Shown in pieces: positions 28,097 through 38,193 of a DNA stretch of 64,000 bases. The notes beneath the pieces were generated by a model, which saw nothing but the letters and a program-made list of their open reading frames with translations, was not told where the DNA came from and searched no databases. Positions within the stretch are counted from its first letter, which is position 1. Every line of letters starts with the position of its first letter. The DNA is from Acetobacteraceae bacterium (GTDB lineage Bacteria; Pseudomonadota; Alphaproteobacteria; Acetobacterales; Acetobacteraceae): NCBI GenBank assembly GCA_035685165.1, contig DASRBI010000011.1:32402-96401 (forward strand). Reading direction: 5' to 3'. A program made the translations under genes and the position numbers.

Positions 28097-30178
28097 TCAG
28101 GCGCTCTTCGCCATGATCTCGTCCGCGATGTTCCGCGGCACCGGGTCGTAATGGTGGAATTGCATCGTGAACGAGGCGCGCCCCTTGGTCATGCTCCGCA
28201 GGTCGGAAATGTAGCCGAACATCTCCTTGAGGGGAACATGGGCGCGGACGATCACGGTGGAGCCCGAGCTCTCCTGGTTCTGGATCATGCCGCGGCGGCG
28301 GTTGAGGTCGCCCACCACGTCGCCCACGTGGTCCTGAGGCGTGGTGATCTCCACGTCCATCACCGGCTCCAGGATGATCGGGCTCGCCTTCTTCATACCA
28401 TCGCGGAAACACGCCTTGGCGGCGATCTCGAAGGCAAGGGCCGAGGAGTCGACGTCATGGTACTTGCCGTCCACCAGCGTGAATTTGAAATCGACCGTGG
28501 GGAAGCCGGCGAGCACGCCCGTTTCGGCCTGCGCCTTGATCCCCTTCTCGACCGCCGGGATGTATTCCTTCGGCACCGCGCCGCCGACCACGGCGTTTTC
28601 GAACACCACCCCGCCGTTCCGCTCCAGCGGCTCGAAGGTGATCTTCACCTCGGCATACTGGCCTGAGCCGCCGGTCTGCTTCTTGTGGGTGTAGGTCTCG
28701 GTGTGGGCGCGGGTGATGGTCTCGCGATACGCCACCTGCGGGGCGCCGATATTCGCCTCCACGCCGTATTCGCGCTTCAGCCGGTCGATGATGATCTCCA
28801 GATGCAGCTCGCCCATCCCCGAAAGGATGGTCTGCCCGGTCTCCTGATCGGTGCGAAGCCTGAGGCTCGGGTCCTCGGCCGCGAGCTTCTGCAGGCCGAT
28901 GCTCATCTTCTCGATCGATTCCTTGGTCTTGGGCTCGACCGAGATGTCGATCACCGGCACCGGGAACGCCATGCGCTCCAGCACCACCGGGTCCTCGGCG
29001 GCGGCGAGCGTGTCGCCCGTGCCGGTGTCCTTGAGGCCGACGAAGGCAGCGATGTCGCCCGCCACCACCTCCTTGATCTCCTGGCGCTTATCGGCGTGCA
29101 TCTGGAACATCCGCCCGATGCGCTCGCGATGGCCGCGGGTGGTGTTCAGCACGGTGTCGCCCGATTTCAGCGTACCGGAATAGACGCGCACGAACGTCAG
29201 CGTGCCGTATTTGTCGTTGATGATCTTGAACGCCAAGCCCGCAAACGGCGCGTTCGGATCGGCCTTGATCCGGCGGCGCTCGGCGGTCTCGTCCTCGCCC
29301 TCGCCGGCGGCGACCTTGATCCCCGGCACATCGACCGGGCTCGGCAGGTAATCGACCACGGCATCGAGCAGGGGCTGCACGCCCTTGTTCTTGAACGCGG
29401 TGCCGCACAGCACCGGGCGGAAGGCGCCGGAGATGGTGCCGGCCTTGATGCAGCGCTTCAGCGTCTCCACCGAGACGTCGCCCTTGTCGAAATACTCCTC
29501 CATCGCCGCGTCATCGACCGCGAGCGCGGTATCCAGCAGGTTCTGCCGGTACTCCTTCGCCTGCTCGATCAGGTCGGCCGGAATCGGCTCGTCGTGGTAC
29601 TTGGCGCCGAGCTCACCGCCTTCCCAGACGATCGCCTTCTGCTCGACCAGATCGACGACGCCGATGAACTTGTCCTCGATCCCGATCGGGAGCTGCAACG
29701 GCAGCGCCACGATGTCGAGCTTCTCCTTGAGTGTGGCGAAGGCGCGGAAGAAGTCAGCTCCGGTGCGATCGAGCTTGTTGATGAAGATGATCCGCGGGAC
29801 GTTGTAGCGGTCGGCAAGGCGCCAATTGGTCTCCGACTGCGGCTGCACCCCAGCGACGCCCTCGATGATGAACACCGCGCCATCCAGGACGCGGAGCGAG
29901 CGGTTCACCTCGATGTTGAAGTCGATATGGCCGGGCGTGTCGATGATGTTGATGCGGTGGTTCTTCCACTCGCACGTCACGGCGGCAGAGGTGATCGTGA
30001 TGCCCCGCTCGCGCTCCTGCTCCATGTAGTCGGTGGTGGTATTGCCCTCGTGCACCTCGCCGATCCGGTGCGACATGCCCGTGTAATAGAGGATGCGCTC
30101 GGTCGTCGTCGTCTTTCCGGCATCGATATGGGCTGTGATGCCGATATTGCGGATACGGGCTAGGTCAGTGGCGGCCAT
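28097..30178 (-). CDS. fusA: elongation factor G paralog (stand-alone, outside the str operon)
   Basis: From [34 protein letters not shown]...[10 protein letters not shown]...INKLDR. Full five-domain length, 693 aa. No rpsL, rpsG or tuf nearby. Confidence 0.9.
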   Translation of the reverse strand: MAATDLARIRNIGITAHIDAGKTTTTERILYYTGMSHRIGEVHEGNTTTDYMEQERERGITITSAAVTCEWKNHRINIIDTPGHIDFNIEVNRSLRVLDGAVFIIEGVAGVQPQSETNWRLADRYNVPRIIFINKLDRTGADFFRAFATLKEKLDIVALPLQLPIGIEDKFIGVVDLVEQKAIVWEGGELGAKYHDEPIPADLIEQAKEYRQNLLDTALAVDDAAMEEYFDKGDVSVETLKRCIKAGTISGAFRPVLCGTAFKNKGVQPLLDAVVDYLPSPVDVPGIKVAAGEGEDETAERRRIKADPNAPFAGLAFKIINDKYGTLTFVRVYSGTLKSGDTVLNTTRGHRERIGRMFQMHADKRQEIKEVVAGDIAAFVGLKDTGTGDTLAAAEDPVVLERMAFPVPVIDISVEPKTKESIEKMSIGLQKLAAEDPSLRLRTDQETGQTILSGMGELHLEIIIDRLKREYGVEANIGAPQVAYRETITRAHTETYTHKKQTGGSGQYAEVKITFEPLERNGGVVFENAVVGGAVPKEYIPAVEKGIKAQAETGVLAGFPTVDFKFTLVDGKYHDVDSSALAFEIAAKACFRDGMKKASPIILEPVMDVEITTPQDHVGDVVGDLNRRRGMIQNQESSGSTVIVRAHVPLKEMFGYISDLRSMTKGRASFTMQFHHYDPVPRNIADEIMAKSA

Positions 30179-30544
30179 GTGTTCGGGGTCTCCATACCAC
30201 GACGGGCGCGGCAGGGCCTTTCCTCCCCGCGCGCCCGCGCTGTCGGCCGCGCTCGGAGCGGCCTCTCGTCGAGGCGCATGTGCTCTTTCAGCCACGGTTT
30301 TGCAAGCGGCGAATTGATGACGCAGGGCGGACATGCAGGCCCACAGCGGGCCTGATCGAACCTGGCGGGACGCCTCGGCGATGCAGCGGCAATCGTTCCC
30401 TCTCAGCGGTTCTACACCCTCGCGATGGCGACCGGCTTACGCTCCGGACTGGGGTTCCGCGGCAGGCGCGCGCGCAGCCAACTCAGCATCGGGCGGTGAC
30501 GCTTCGTTACCCAAGGCAATCCGCGGCCGCGCTAATAGTCGTGC

Positions 30545-31819
30545 ATGGACGTGACTGCGGCACAGGCGCTGGTCCGCTTCGGCCTTGGCCCGCGCGCCGA
30601 GGAGGCGCCGCCCGGCGATCCCCGATCCTGGCTGCGCCGCCAACTCCAAACACAGGCGGCCTCGGACGGGCCGACCAGCACCGAAGGGCTGGAGGCGCTG
30701 CGGGCCGACCGGGAGGAAAAGCCGCTGCCGCAGAAGTCCCGTTCGCGCGCCTTGTTCATCCGTGACGCAAGGGCCGCGATAACCGCCGCACTCACCACCG
30801 AAGCGCCATTCCGCGAGCGGCTGGTCTGGTTCTGGGCCAATCATTTCACCGTCTCGGTGCGGCGCGGCCAGTGCGCGGCGCTGATCGGGCCGTTCATCGC
30901 CGAGGCGATCCGCCCGCACGTAACGGCGCGCTTCGCCGACATGCTGCTGGCGGTGATGCGGCATCCCGCGATGCTGCTTTACCTCGACAACGCCGGCTCG
31001 GTCGGGCCGGACAGTCCGGTCGGCCAGCGCACGCATCGCGGCCTGAACGAGAACCTCGCCCGCGAATGCCTGGAACTGCACACCGTCAGCCCGGCGGCGG
31101 GCTACACGCAAGCTGACGTCACCAGCTTCGCCCGTGTGCTGACCGGCTGGTCGATCGACCTGCAACAGAGCCCACCCGGCTTCCGCTTCCGGCCGTTCAC
31201 CCACGAACCCGGGGCGAAGATCGTCATGGGCCGGACCTTCCCCGAGGGCGAAGAGGGCGGCATCGAGGCGCTGGCCTTTCTCGCCGCGCACCCCGCCACG
31301 CACCACCATCTCGCCCTTAAGCTGACGCGGCATTTCGTCGCCGACGATCCGCCGCCTGCGGCGGTGCGCCTGGTGGAAGGGCGGCTGCGCGACACCGACG
31401 GCGATCTCGGGGCGGCGGCAGCAGCTTTGCTCGACATCCCGCAAGCGTGGCAGTCCGATACCAAGATTCGGACGCCGGCGGACTTCCTGATCGCGGCGGG
31501 GCGGGCGACCGGCATGTCGGACGCACCGGAGCGCGCGCTCGGCGCGATGCGGATGCTGGGCCAGCCGATGTGGGCGGCGCCGCAGCCCGACGGCTGGCCG
31601 GATCGCGCCGCCGACTGGCTAAGCCCAGAGGCGATGCTGCGCCGAGCCGACGTCGCCTATGCGATCGCCGGAATGCAAGCCGAGCCCGATCCCAGTCAGC
31701 TCGCGGAGGCGCTGGGACCGCTGGTGCGTCCGGCCACGCTTAGCGCCGTGCAGCACGCCGGCTCGCGCCGGGAGGCGCTCGCGTTGCTATTGGCCGCCCC
31801 GGAGTTCCAGCGTCGATGA
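30545..31819 (+). CDS. DUF1800 family protein
   Basis: FRERLVWFWANHFTVS...MLLYLDNAGS...GLNENLARECLELHTV...VLTGWS. Confidence 0.8.
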   Translation: MDVTAAQALVRFGLGPRAEEAPPGDPRSWLRRQLQTQAASDGPTSTEGLEALRADREEKPLPQKSRSRALFIRDARAAITAALTTEAPFRERLVWFWANHFTVSVRRGQCAALIGPFIAEAIRPHVTARFADMLLAVMRHPAMLLYLDNAGSVGPDSPVGQRTHRGLNENLARECLELHTVSPAAGYTQADVTSFARVLTGWSIDLQQSPPGFRFRPFTHEPGAKIVMGRTFPEGEEGGIEALAFLAAHPATHHHLALKLTRHFVADDPPPAAVRLVEGRLRDTDGDLGAAAAALLDIPQAWQSDTKIRTPADFLIAAGRATGMSDAPERALGAMRMLGQPMWAAPQPDGWPDRAADWLSPEAMLRRADVAYAIAGMQAEPDPSQLAEALGPLVRPATLSAVQHAGSRREALALLLAAPEFQRR

Positions 31820-33012
31820 CCCCACCCGTGAAAACCAGCCGGCGCGCCACCTTGCTCGGTCTTTCCGCCGCCATCGCGCTCGGGCCGGTCCGGCTCGCTT
31901 TCGCCGCCGGCGCCGTGGAACGCCGTTTCGTCGTGGTGACCCTGCGCGGTGCGATGGATGGGCTGGCCGCGGTCGTGCCCTATGGCGACCCCGCGCTTGC
32001 CGGATTGCGCGGCGACATCGTGCCGCCCGAGCCGGGCCAGCCGAACGGCATGCTCGATCTCGGCGGGTTTTATGGGTTGCATCCCGCCCTCGCCGGCCTG
32101 CACCGGTTCTACACCTCCGGGCAAGCCCTGCTGCTGCACGCGATCGCCGGCCCGACGCGGGTACGGAGCCATTTCGAGGCGCAGGACTGCCTTGAAAGCG
32201 GCGCGGATCACCGGATGACGAGCGGCTGGCTCAACCGCGCCGTCTCCGCCCTGCCGCGCGCGGCGCCGAAGACCGAGGGCGACGCGATGGCATTCGGCGT
32301 GGATATGCCGCTGCTGCTGCGCGGGCCGGCGCGGGTCGGCAGCTACGCAGCCGGCCGAATCGGCGCCGCCGCGCCCGATTTCTACACCCAGCTCGCCGCG
32401 CTCGCCGCCGGAGACAAGCTCATCGGCCCGGTCATCCACCAGGGTTTGCGCGAGCGTGGCTACGCGCAGGCGGTGCTGGGGACGGTTCCGGCCGCGCCCG
32501 AGAAGGCGAGCGCGTTCGCCCTTCTCGCCCGCACCGCCGGGGAGATGCTGGCGCGGCCGGACGGCCCACGCGTTGCCGCCTTGGAGCTCGACGGATGGGA
32601 CACCCATGTCGCCCAGCCGCAACGGCTCGATGCCCAGTTCCGTCAGCTTGACGCGGGGCTCGTTGCGTTGCGCGAGGGTCTCGGGACCGCCTGGGACAAG
32701 ACGGTCGTGCTGTGCATGACCGAGTTCGGCCGCACCGTCCGGGTCAACGGCAATCGCGGCACCGACCACGGCACCGCCGGGGTTGCGTTCCTGCTGGGTG
32801 GCGCGGTGGCGGGCGGAAAGGTGCGGGCGGACTGGCCGGGCCTCGGCCCGGGGCGGCTGCTGGACAATCGCGACCTCGCACCCAGTGCCGATTTGCGCGC
32901 GCCGGCAAAATCGGTGCTGACCGCGCATCTCGGCGTGCCCGCGCAGGCGCTGGGCGCCGTGTTCCCCGACAGCGCCCAGATCGCGCCGATGGCAGGGCTT
33001 CTGCGCGCCTGA
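31816..33012 (+). CDS. DUF1501 family protein (Tat signal; sulfatase/phosphatase-like fold)
   Basis: SRRATLLGLSAAIAL twin-Arg signal ...GWDTH...MTEFGRTVRVNGNRGTDHG. ATGA overlap with the DUF1800 gene. Confidence 0.8.
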   Translation: MTPPVKTSRRATLLGLSAAIALGPVRLAFAAGAVERRFVVVTLRGAMDGLAAVVPYGDPALAGLRGDIVPPEPGQPNGMLDLGGFYGLHPALAGLHRFYTSGQALLLHAIAGPTRVRSHFEAQDCLESGADHRMTSGWLNRAVSALPRAAPKTEGDAMAFGVDMPLLLRGPARVGSYAAGRIGAAAPDFYTQLAALAAGDKLIGPVIHQGLRERGYAQAVLGTVPAAPEKASAFALLARTAGEMLARPDGPRVAALELDGWDTHVAQPQRLDAQFRQLDAGLVALREGLGTAWDKTVVLCMTEFGRTVRVNGNRGTDHGTAGVAFLLGGAVAGGKVRADWPGLGPGRLLDNRDLAPSADLRAPAKSVLTAHLGVPAQALGAVFPDSAQIAPMAGLLRA

Positions 33013-33015
33013 GCC

Positions 33016-34110
33016 TCAGCCGCCGATAATAATCTCGACGCGCCGGTTCTGCGGTTCACGCACGCCCGGCCCGGTCGGCACTAAGAGATGCGTCTCGCCA
33101 AAACCGCGGATCACGATGGCGTTCTTCGGCACGCCGTCGCGCACCAGCTCGGCGGCGACATTCTGCGCTCGGCGCAGCGAGAGCGCCTGATTGTAGGCGG
33201 CGGAACCGGAGGTGTCGGTGTAGCCGTTCACGTGGATCTGCGTATACTGCACATGTGTCGAAGCCTCCGCAGCCGCGCGCACTATCTCGCGGGCACGGTT
33301 AGTGAGCGTCGCCTTGTCCCAGTCGAAGAACACGAGATAGCTCCGCGACGGCGCCGGGGCGGGCGCCGCGATCGGTGTCGGCGCGGAGGGCGGCGCCGGC
33401 GGGGTGACATGGAAGGCGTAGCGCACGCCGAGAAGGAATGTGTGGCTGTACTGCGAAGCGAGCTTGAGCGAAGCGGGTGCGACGCCGGCGCTGGAGACCT
33501 GCGTGCCGGTGAATGTCTCACCTGATGTGATGTCCATGAAGCGGTACTGGGCGAGCAGCGAAAGCCCCGGTGTGTTCGGTACCGGGAACGAGAGCCCCGC
33601 GATGAGCTGCCAGGCGAAATGGCCGGTAGTGCCGAAATTGGCCATCGAGGCGAATCCAGGCCGGGGCGGCGTCGCGGCGAAGATCACATTGTTGAACCGA
33701 CTCCACATGTAGCCGGCGCCGGCCCCGAGATAGGGGAACACGTAGCGGCTGCGGATGTCGAAATCAAAAAGCGCGTTCGCCATCAGGCCGTAGGTATGCA
33801 CGTTGCCGCTGGTCGCGACCGGAAACGTCGCGCCGCTCAACTGGCCGATACCGTTTTGCAGATAATCGCCCTCAAGCTCGAACCGCCAGCCGTCACCGAG
33901 CGCGTAGCCGACACTGCCGGTGCCGTCGATGCCCCAGGCCCGGTTGAGGCTGCCGTCCAGCGGCGGACGAGTGCTGCTGTTGGCGTGCACGCTCTGTGGC
34001 CGGTTGGCGCCGATGCCGGCACTCACATAAAGTCCTTCGATCGGCTGCGCCGAGGCGAGGAAGGGCGCCAGCAGCAGCCCGGTTGCAAACAGGATCAGGC
34101 GCAGACGCAT
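33016..34110 (-). CDS. OmpA-family outer-membrane protein (beta-barrel + Pro/Ala linker + OmpA_C)
   Basis: Signal peptide MRLRLILFATGLLLAPFLASAQP. Linker PPAPPSAPTPIAAPAPAPS. OmpA_C region VFFDWDKATLT...NGYTDTSGSAAYNQALSLRRA...NRRVEI. Confidence 0.8.
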   Translation of the reverse strand: MRLRLILFATGLLLAPFLASAQPIEGLYVSAGIGANRPQSVHANSSTRPPLDGSLNRAWGIDGTGSVGYALGDGWRFELEGDYLQNGIGQLSGATFPVATSGNVHTYGLMANALFDFDIRSRYVFPYLGAGAGYMWSRFNNVIFAATPPRPGFASMANFGTTGHFAWQLIAGLSFPVPNTPGLSLLAQYRFMDITSGETFTGTQVSSAGVAPASLKLASQYSHTFLLGVRYAFHVTPPAPPSAPTPIAAPAPAPSRSYLVFFDWDKATLTNRAREIVRAAAEASTHVQYTQIHVNGYTDTSGSAAYNQALSLRRAQNVAAELVRDGVPKNAIVIRGFGETHLLVPTGPGVREPQNRRVEIIIGG

Positions 34111-34173
34111 CGGCTTCTCCGTCCAGCGCGCGGCGCGCCCAACGCTTTCGTTCGGCACCGCACGGGCGGCGCA

Positions 34174-34202
34174 ATAAGGCGTAATTGAGCCCGTTTATGC
34201 AA
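34174..34202 (-). promoter_or_regulatory. putative sigma-70-type promoter for the OmpA paralog at 33016-34110
   Basis: The minus strand reads TTGCAT-17 nt-CCTTAT, about 65 nt upstream of the ATG. Pattern match only. Confidence 0.3.
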
Positions 34203-34241
34203 GCTCTTGCGCGCTCACGCTCGCGTGGTGCGCGAGCGGCT

Positions 34242-34270
34242 AAAAGAAAGGGGCGCCTTTCGGCGCCCCT
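34242..34270 (-). terminator. Rho-independent terminator after the OmpA paralog at 34299-35426
   Basis: The minus strand reads aggggcgcc-gaaa-ggcgcccct followed by ttcttttag, starting about 30 nt past the stop codon. Confidence 0.6.
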
Positions 34271-34298
34271 CGTAGGCGATAGGAAGCAAACTCCGGTC

Positions 34299-35426
34299 TT
34301 AGCGGATGATGATCTCCACGCGCCGGTTCTGCGGCTCGCGCACGCCGGGGCCCGTCGGCACCAACAGATGCGTCTCGCCGTAACCGTGGATGCTGATGAC
34401 GTTGCGCGGCACGCCGTCGCGCACCAGCTCGGCCGCCACGTTCTCGGCGCGGCGCACCGACAGCTTGAGGTTGTAGGCCGCGGTGCCCGAGGTGTCGGTG
34501 TAGCCGTTGACCTCGATGACGGTGTACTGCACGCGCCGCGAGTTCTCCGCCGCCTCGCGGATGATCTCCCGCGCGCGGTCGGTGAGCGTCGCCTTGTCCC
34601 AATCGAAGAACACGAGGTACGACCGGGCCGGAGCCGGAGCCGGAGCCGCCACCGGAGCGGGTGCGGGCGCGGGCGGCGGGGTGACGCCGAAGGTGTACTT
34701 CACGCCGACCAGGACGGCGTTGTTGAACTCCTGCTTGAACTGGATTTTGCCGGGAGCGCCGGCGCCGGGAGCCTCACCGGCAAAGGTGAAGGTCGCCGGG
34801 ACGGTGCGCGCAAGCACACCCATGAAGCGGTACTCGAGGGTCAGCGCCAGGCCGGTGTAGCCGATCGGGTACTGGGCGCCGAGGATCACGCCGTAAGCGA
34901 ACGCGCCCTCGGTTCGATTGTTGACGTTGACGTTCGCGAGATTGCCGGGAGCGAGCACAGTGCCCGCGAAGTTCACGTTGCGGTAGAGGCTCCACTGATA
35001 GCCGACGCCGAGGCCGGCATAGGGCGCGATGCCCATGAAGTTCATGTAGGGCGAGAGGTCGAACATGACGTCCAACATCGCGCCCTGCTTCTGCTCCCAG
35101 CCGCTCCCGTGAGCGATCAGGGCGCCAGAGCCGGTCTCCACCTTACCGAACTGGTTGCCCATCACGTCGCCGTCGAGACGGAGGCTCAAGCCGTTGCCGA
35201 GCGTGTAGCCCACATAACCGACGCCGATGGCGCCCGGATTGGTGTTGATCCGGCTGTCAAAGGGGCTGTTGCCGTTCTCGCTCGCGATGCCCACCGGGAT
35301 CAGGAAGTTCGCACCAGCCTCCGCGCCGACGTAGAAGCCGGTCAGGTTCGGCATGGTCATCTGTGCATGCGCCGCGATCGGCAACGCCAACACGGTGGCA
35401 GCCAGGAGCGCACTCCGAAGCTTCAT
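34299..35426 (-). CDS. OmpA-family outer-membrane protein (paralog)
   Basis: Signal peptide MKLRSALLAATVLALPIAAHA. Linker PPPAPAPAPVAAPAPAPA. OmpA_C region VFFDWDKATLT...NGYTDTSGTAAYNLKLSVRRA...NRRVEI. Confidence 0.85.
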   Translation of the reverse strand: MKLRSALLAATVLALPIAAHAQMTMPNLTGFYVGAEAGANFLIPVGIASENGNSPFDSRINTNPGAIGVGYVGYTLGNGLSLRLDGDVMGNQFGKVETGSGALIAHGSGWEQKQGAMLDVMFDLSPYMNFMGIAPYAGLGVGYQWSLYRNVNFAGTVLAPGNLANVNVNNRTEGAFAYGVILGAQYPIGYTGLALTLEYRFMGVLARTVPATFTFAGEAPGAGAPGKIQFKQEFNNAVLVGVKYTFGVTPPPAPAPAPVAAPAPAPARSYLVFFDWDKATLTDRAREIIREAAENSRRVQYTVIEVNGYTDTSGTAAYNLKLSVRRAENVAAELVRDGVPRNVISIHGYGETHLLVPTGPGVREPQNRRVEIIIR

Positions 35427-35627
35427 CTCGTTTTCTCCTCACGTCGTTCCGCGCCGGCGGGTACGGCCAACGGCTACCGTACGAGACTGCGCCGTTTGCT
35501 GAGCAGAACCATAACCATAAGGACGGAATAAAACGAGGGGGCCGGGCGCTCTTTGTCGGCGCTGTTGCGGCGGCGCCACAGGTGGCACGCAGGCGAGACA
35601 CAGAGACGTCCGCTCGCTCCAGGCCGG

Positions 35628-35720
35628 CGGAAGAGAGCAGGAGTCGAACCTGCCCGGGGCCGCGCAGCGGCCCCAACCGGCTTTGAAGGCCGGCCGGCCC
35701 ACCGGGACCGCGTCTCCTCC
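35628..35720 (-). tRNA. selC: tRNA-Sec (anticodon UCA)
   Basis: Minus strand: GGAGGAGA-CG-CGGTCC-CGGT-GGGCCG-G-CCGGC-CUUCAAA-GCCGG-U-long variable arm GGGGCCGC/GCGGCCCC-GCAGG-TTCGACT-CCTGC-TCTCTTCC-G. It has an 8-bp acceptor stem, a 6-bp D stem and a long extra arm. By recollection it aligns almost base-for-base with E. coli selC. It is followed by CCG, so CCA is not fully encoded. Confidence 0.9.
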
Positions 35721-35743
35721 GCCCCGAATATCAGTCCGGCCGC

Positions 35744-37096
35744 TCAGACCGCCAATACGGCAAGGAACGCCGCCTCGTTAGGCTCTTCGAGGCAGCGGCA
35801 ATCCAACCACAAAAGCCGGTGAGCGATCCGCCCGATCACCGGGACCGGGAGGGCGCGCAGCGCCGCGGCAACCGTTTCCAGATCGGCACCTCCGACCGTC
35901 ACCGCGAACGAGGGCAGGCGCTCGATCGGCAGCGAACCCGACCCGATCTCGCTCGTGCACGCCTGGATGTGGACGGGCCGACGGGGGAACCGCGCCCGCA
36001 TCGCCGGTAGGATTCGCTCGGCGGTCGCCCGGATCGCGGCTTCGGCGCGCGTAAGCAGACGCAGCGCCGGCAGCCGCTCGGCCAGCCGGTCCGGGTCGAG
36101 ATACAGGCGAAGCACGGCCTCCAACGCCGCCAGCCGCATCTTGTCGAGCCGCAGCGCCCGCTTGAGCGGGTTGGCCGTCAGCAGCCGAACCAGCTCGCTG
36201 CGCCCGACGACGAGACCAGCCTGCGGGCCGCCCAGGAGCTTGTCCCCCGAGAAGGTGACGAGGTCGGCGCCGTCGGCCAGCGCCTTCTGCACGGTGCGCT
36301 CCGCCGGCAGCCCCCAGCGGGAGAGGTCGATCAGGCTGCCGCTGCCGAGATCGTCGATCACCGGCAGCCCCGCCGCGTGCGCCGCCTCCGCCAGCGCCCG
36401 TGCCGGCACGGCGGCGGTGAAGCCCTCGATCCGGTAGTTGGACGGATGCACGCGCATCAGCGCCGCCGTGTCCGGGCCGATCGCGCCGGTGAAGTCCCGC
36501 AGATGGGTCCGGTTGGTTGTGCCCACCTCGCGCAGCCGCGCGCCCGCTCGGGCCATGATCTCCGGCATTCGGAAGGAGCCACCGATCTCCACCAGCTCCC
36601 CGCGGGAGACCACGACTTCCCTGCCGAGCGCGAGCGTGTTGAGCGCCAGCAGGACCGCGGCGGCGTTGTTGTTCACCACCAGCGCATCCTCGGCGCCGGT
36701 AAGCTCGCACAGCAGGCCCCGCACATGGTCGTCGCGCTCGCCGCGCCGTCCCGCCGCCAGATCGTATTCGAGGCTGGTCGGACGGGCGGCTGCCTCGGCT
36801 GCCGCTTCGGCCGCTTCCGCCGGCAGCGGCGCGCGGCCCAGATTGGTGTGCAGCACGGTGCCGGTGAGATTGAACACCGGCCGCTGCGAGGAGGCGAATC
36901 GCGCCGCCAGCGCATCGGCCGCCTCGGCCAGCAGATCGGCCGCCTCCGCCGGGGCCGGGCGCCCGCCGGCGCGGCGGCGCTCCAGCACGGCACGCAGCGT
37001 GTTCACCGTCGCGCTGCGCCCGAACCTTGCTTCCAGCACAGAAGCCGCCGGGTGGCGTAACAATGCGTCGATGGACGGCAGCGGGCCCGTGCTCAT
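35744..37096 (-). CDS. selA: L-seryl-tRNA(Sec) selenium transferase
   Basis: From [13 protein letters not shown]...[16 protein letters not shown]...[13 protein letters not shown]...[14 protein letters not shown]...[14 protein letters not shown] (PLP-Lys region). Confidence 0.9.
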   Translation of the reverse strand: MSTGPLPSIDALLRHPAASVLEARFGRSATVNTLRAVLERRRAGGRPAPAEAADLLAEAADALAARFASSQRPVFNLTGTVLHTNLGRAPLPAEAAEAAAEAAARPTSLEYDLAAGRRGERDDHVRGLLCELTGAEDALVVNNNAAAVLLALNTLALGREVVVSRGELVEIGGSFRMPEIMARAGARLREVGTTNRTHLRDFTGAIGPDTAALMRVHPSNYRIEGFTAAVPARALAEAAHAAGLPVIDDLGSGSLIDLSRWGLPAERTVQKALADGADLVTFSGDKLLGGPQAGLVVGRSELVRLLTANPLKRALRLDKMRLAALEAVLRLYLDPDRLAERLPALRLLTRAEAAIRATAERILPAMRARFPRRPVHIQACTSEIGSGSLPIERLPSFAVTVGGADLETVAAALRALPVPVIGRIAHRLLWLDCRCLEEPNEAAFLAVLAV

Positions 37097-37112
37097 TGGC
37101 CGAGCATAGGGT

Positions 37113-38087
37113 CTATCCGGTTGCCGCCCGCAACCGCCGCGCCTCGAAGAGCTGCCAGAGCAGCAGCACCGGCACGCCGATGGTGATGTCGCGGGCCCGG
37201 CGCAGCAGCGAGACGGCAAGCGAAAGATCGGCGGGGATGCCGAACAGCGCGCCGAACCCGGCATAACCGGCCTCCTGCACACCGGCATTCACCGGCACCA
37301 GGAACGCCGCCGCCGACACGCCCGAAAGCAGCGCCTCGATGGCGATGGCGTTGTCCACGTCGATCGGCAGCCCGATCGCATGATAGGCGACCCAGTCTCC
37401 CATCCCGCTCAGGATCCAGCCGACGAAATGCAGAAGGAAGCAGACGAGCAGGCGGCCGGGACGGCGGTAAAGCTCGGCCAGCTCCTCGTTGAGCGCCGCC
37501 ATGCCCCGCCGGGCACCGCCCAAACGTCGCGCGGCGATGCGCGCGGCGATCCGCTCGAAGGCCGGCGCCGCGCCGCGCTGGGCCCAGACGAACAGCACGA
37601 TGCCCAGGATCGCGAAGCCGAGCCCAATCTCGACCGAGGCTGAGACGGCATGGGCGTGGGGCACGTGCGCCAGCAGGATGATCACGCCGAGGGCGACGAA
37701 CCCCACTTCGGCCAGGAACTCCGCGGTGATGTCGACGACCGTCGTCGCGGTGGCGACCGGCCAGCCGATGCCGTGCACGGTCAGCGCCCGGGCACCGAAC
37801 ACGAACCCGCCGATCGTGGAAAAGGGCAGGATGTTGGTGGCGGTGTCACGCACCATCCGCGCCCAGAGAAAGACGAGCGGGCGTGCGGTGCCGCGGATCC
37901 GCGCGAGCTGGTCCCACGCCAGGCCGAGCGGCACGAAGATCACGAGCTGCCACACGCAAACCGCGGCCAACCCGCGCCATCCGGCCGAGGCCACCGCCTG
38001 GGCGACGTCACGGAAGCCGAAGGAGCCAACGAGCGCCGTCCCGACGGCAAGCCCGACCAGCGCAAGGGCGACCGAGAGCTTCTTCAC
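37113..38087 (-). CDS. hpnL: UPF0104 / LPG-synthase-TM-type membrane protein, HpnL-like
   Basis: Multi-TM protein divergent from hpnA, the position HpnL usually occupies. The track ORF (to 38324) has no ATG in its first 79 codons and would overrun the hpnA start, so GTG 38087 ([12 protein letters not shown]) was chosen. The stop lies 16 nt upstream of the selA ATG. Confidence 0.65.
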   Translation of the reverse strand: MKKLSVALALVGLAVGTALVGSFGFRDVAQAVASAGWRGLAAVCVWQLVIFVPLGLAWDQLARIRGTARPLVFLWARMVRDTATNILPFSTIGGFVFGARALTVHGIGWPVATATTVVDITAEFLAEVGFVALGVIILLAHVPHAHAVSASVEIGLGFAILGIVLFVWAQRGAAPAFERIAARIAARRLGGARRGMAALNEELAELYRRPGRLLVCFLLHFVGWILSGMGDWVAYHAIGLPIDVDNAIAIEALLSGVSAAAFLVPVNAGVQEAGYAGFGALFGIPADLSLAVSLLRRARDITIGVPVLLLWQLFEARRLRAATG

Positions 38088-38193
38088 CGATTGATCCAGA
38101 CCCTCGATGCCAAGCCGGGCTGCGGCGGCCCGCCCTCTACACCGCGGCGGCGAGCGGCGGCTATAGATCCCGCGGCATAGATTAGGAGCGCGC

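Noticed and set aside
26651-28666. A 671-aa plus-strand ORF. The 672-aa ORF at 15004..17022 (+) and the 542-aa ORF at 62288..63916 (-) are similar cases.
   Set aside because: All are antisense shadows of recognisable genes: M20 hydrolase/EF-G, sdhA, and sspB/fumarase plus the tmRNA. They have biased R/G/A/P composition and no motifs.
28097-30178. Whether the isolated translational GTPase could be the missing SelB for the nearby selA/selC.
   Set aside because: It has the full EF-G architecture and length (domains IV/V, e.g. HDVDSS, and EF-G-type termini), not the EF-Tu-like core plus winged-helix SECIS-binding tail of SelB. It is also 5 kb from selA with unrelated genes between.
30179-30544. 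The 366-nt divergent spacer between the EF-G paralog and the DUF1800 gene, examined for a small RNA, riboswitch or leader ORF.
   Set aside because: I found only a GC hairpin (gcgggcgcg...cgcgcccg on the EF-G strand) and a weak TTGCAA motif. There is no recognisable riboswitch core and no plausible small ORF, so I cannot support a feature call.
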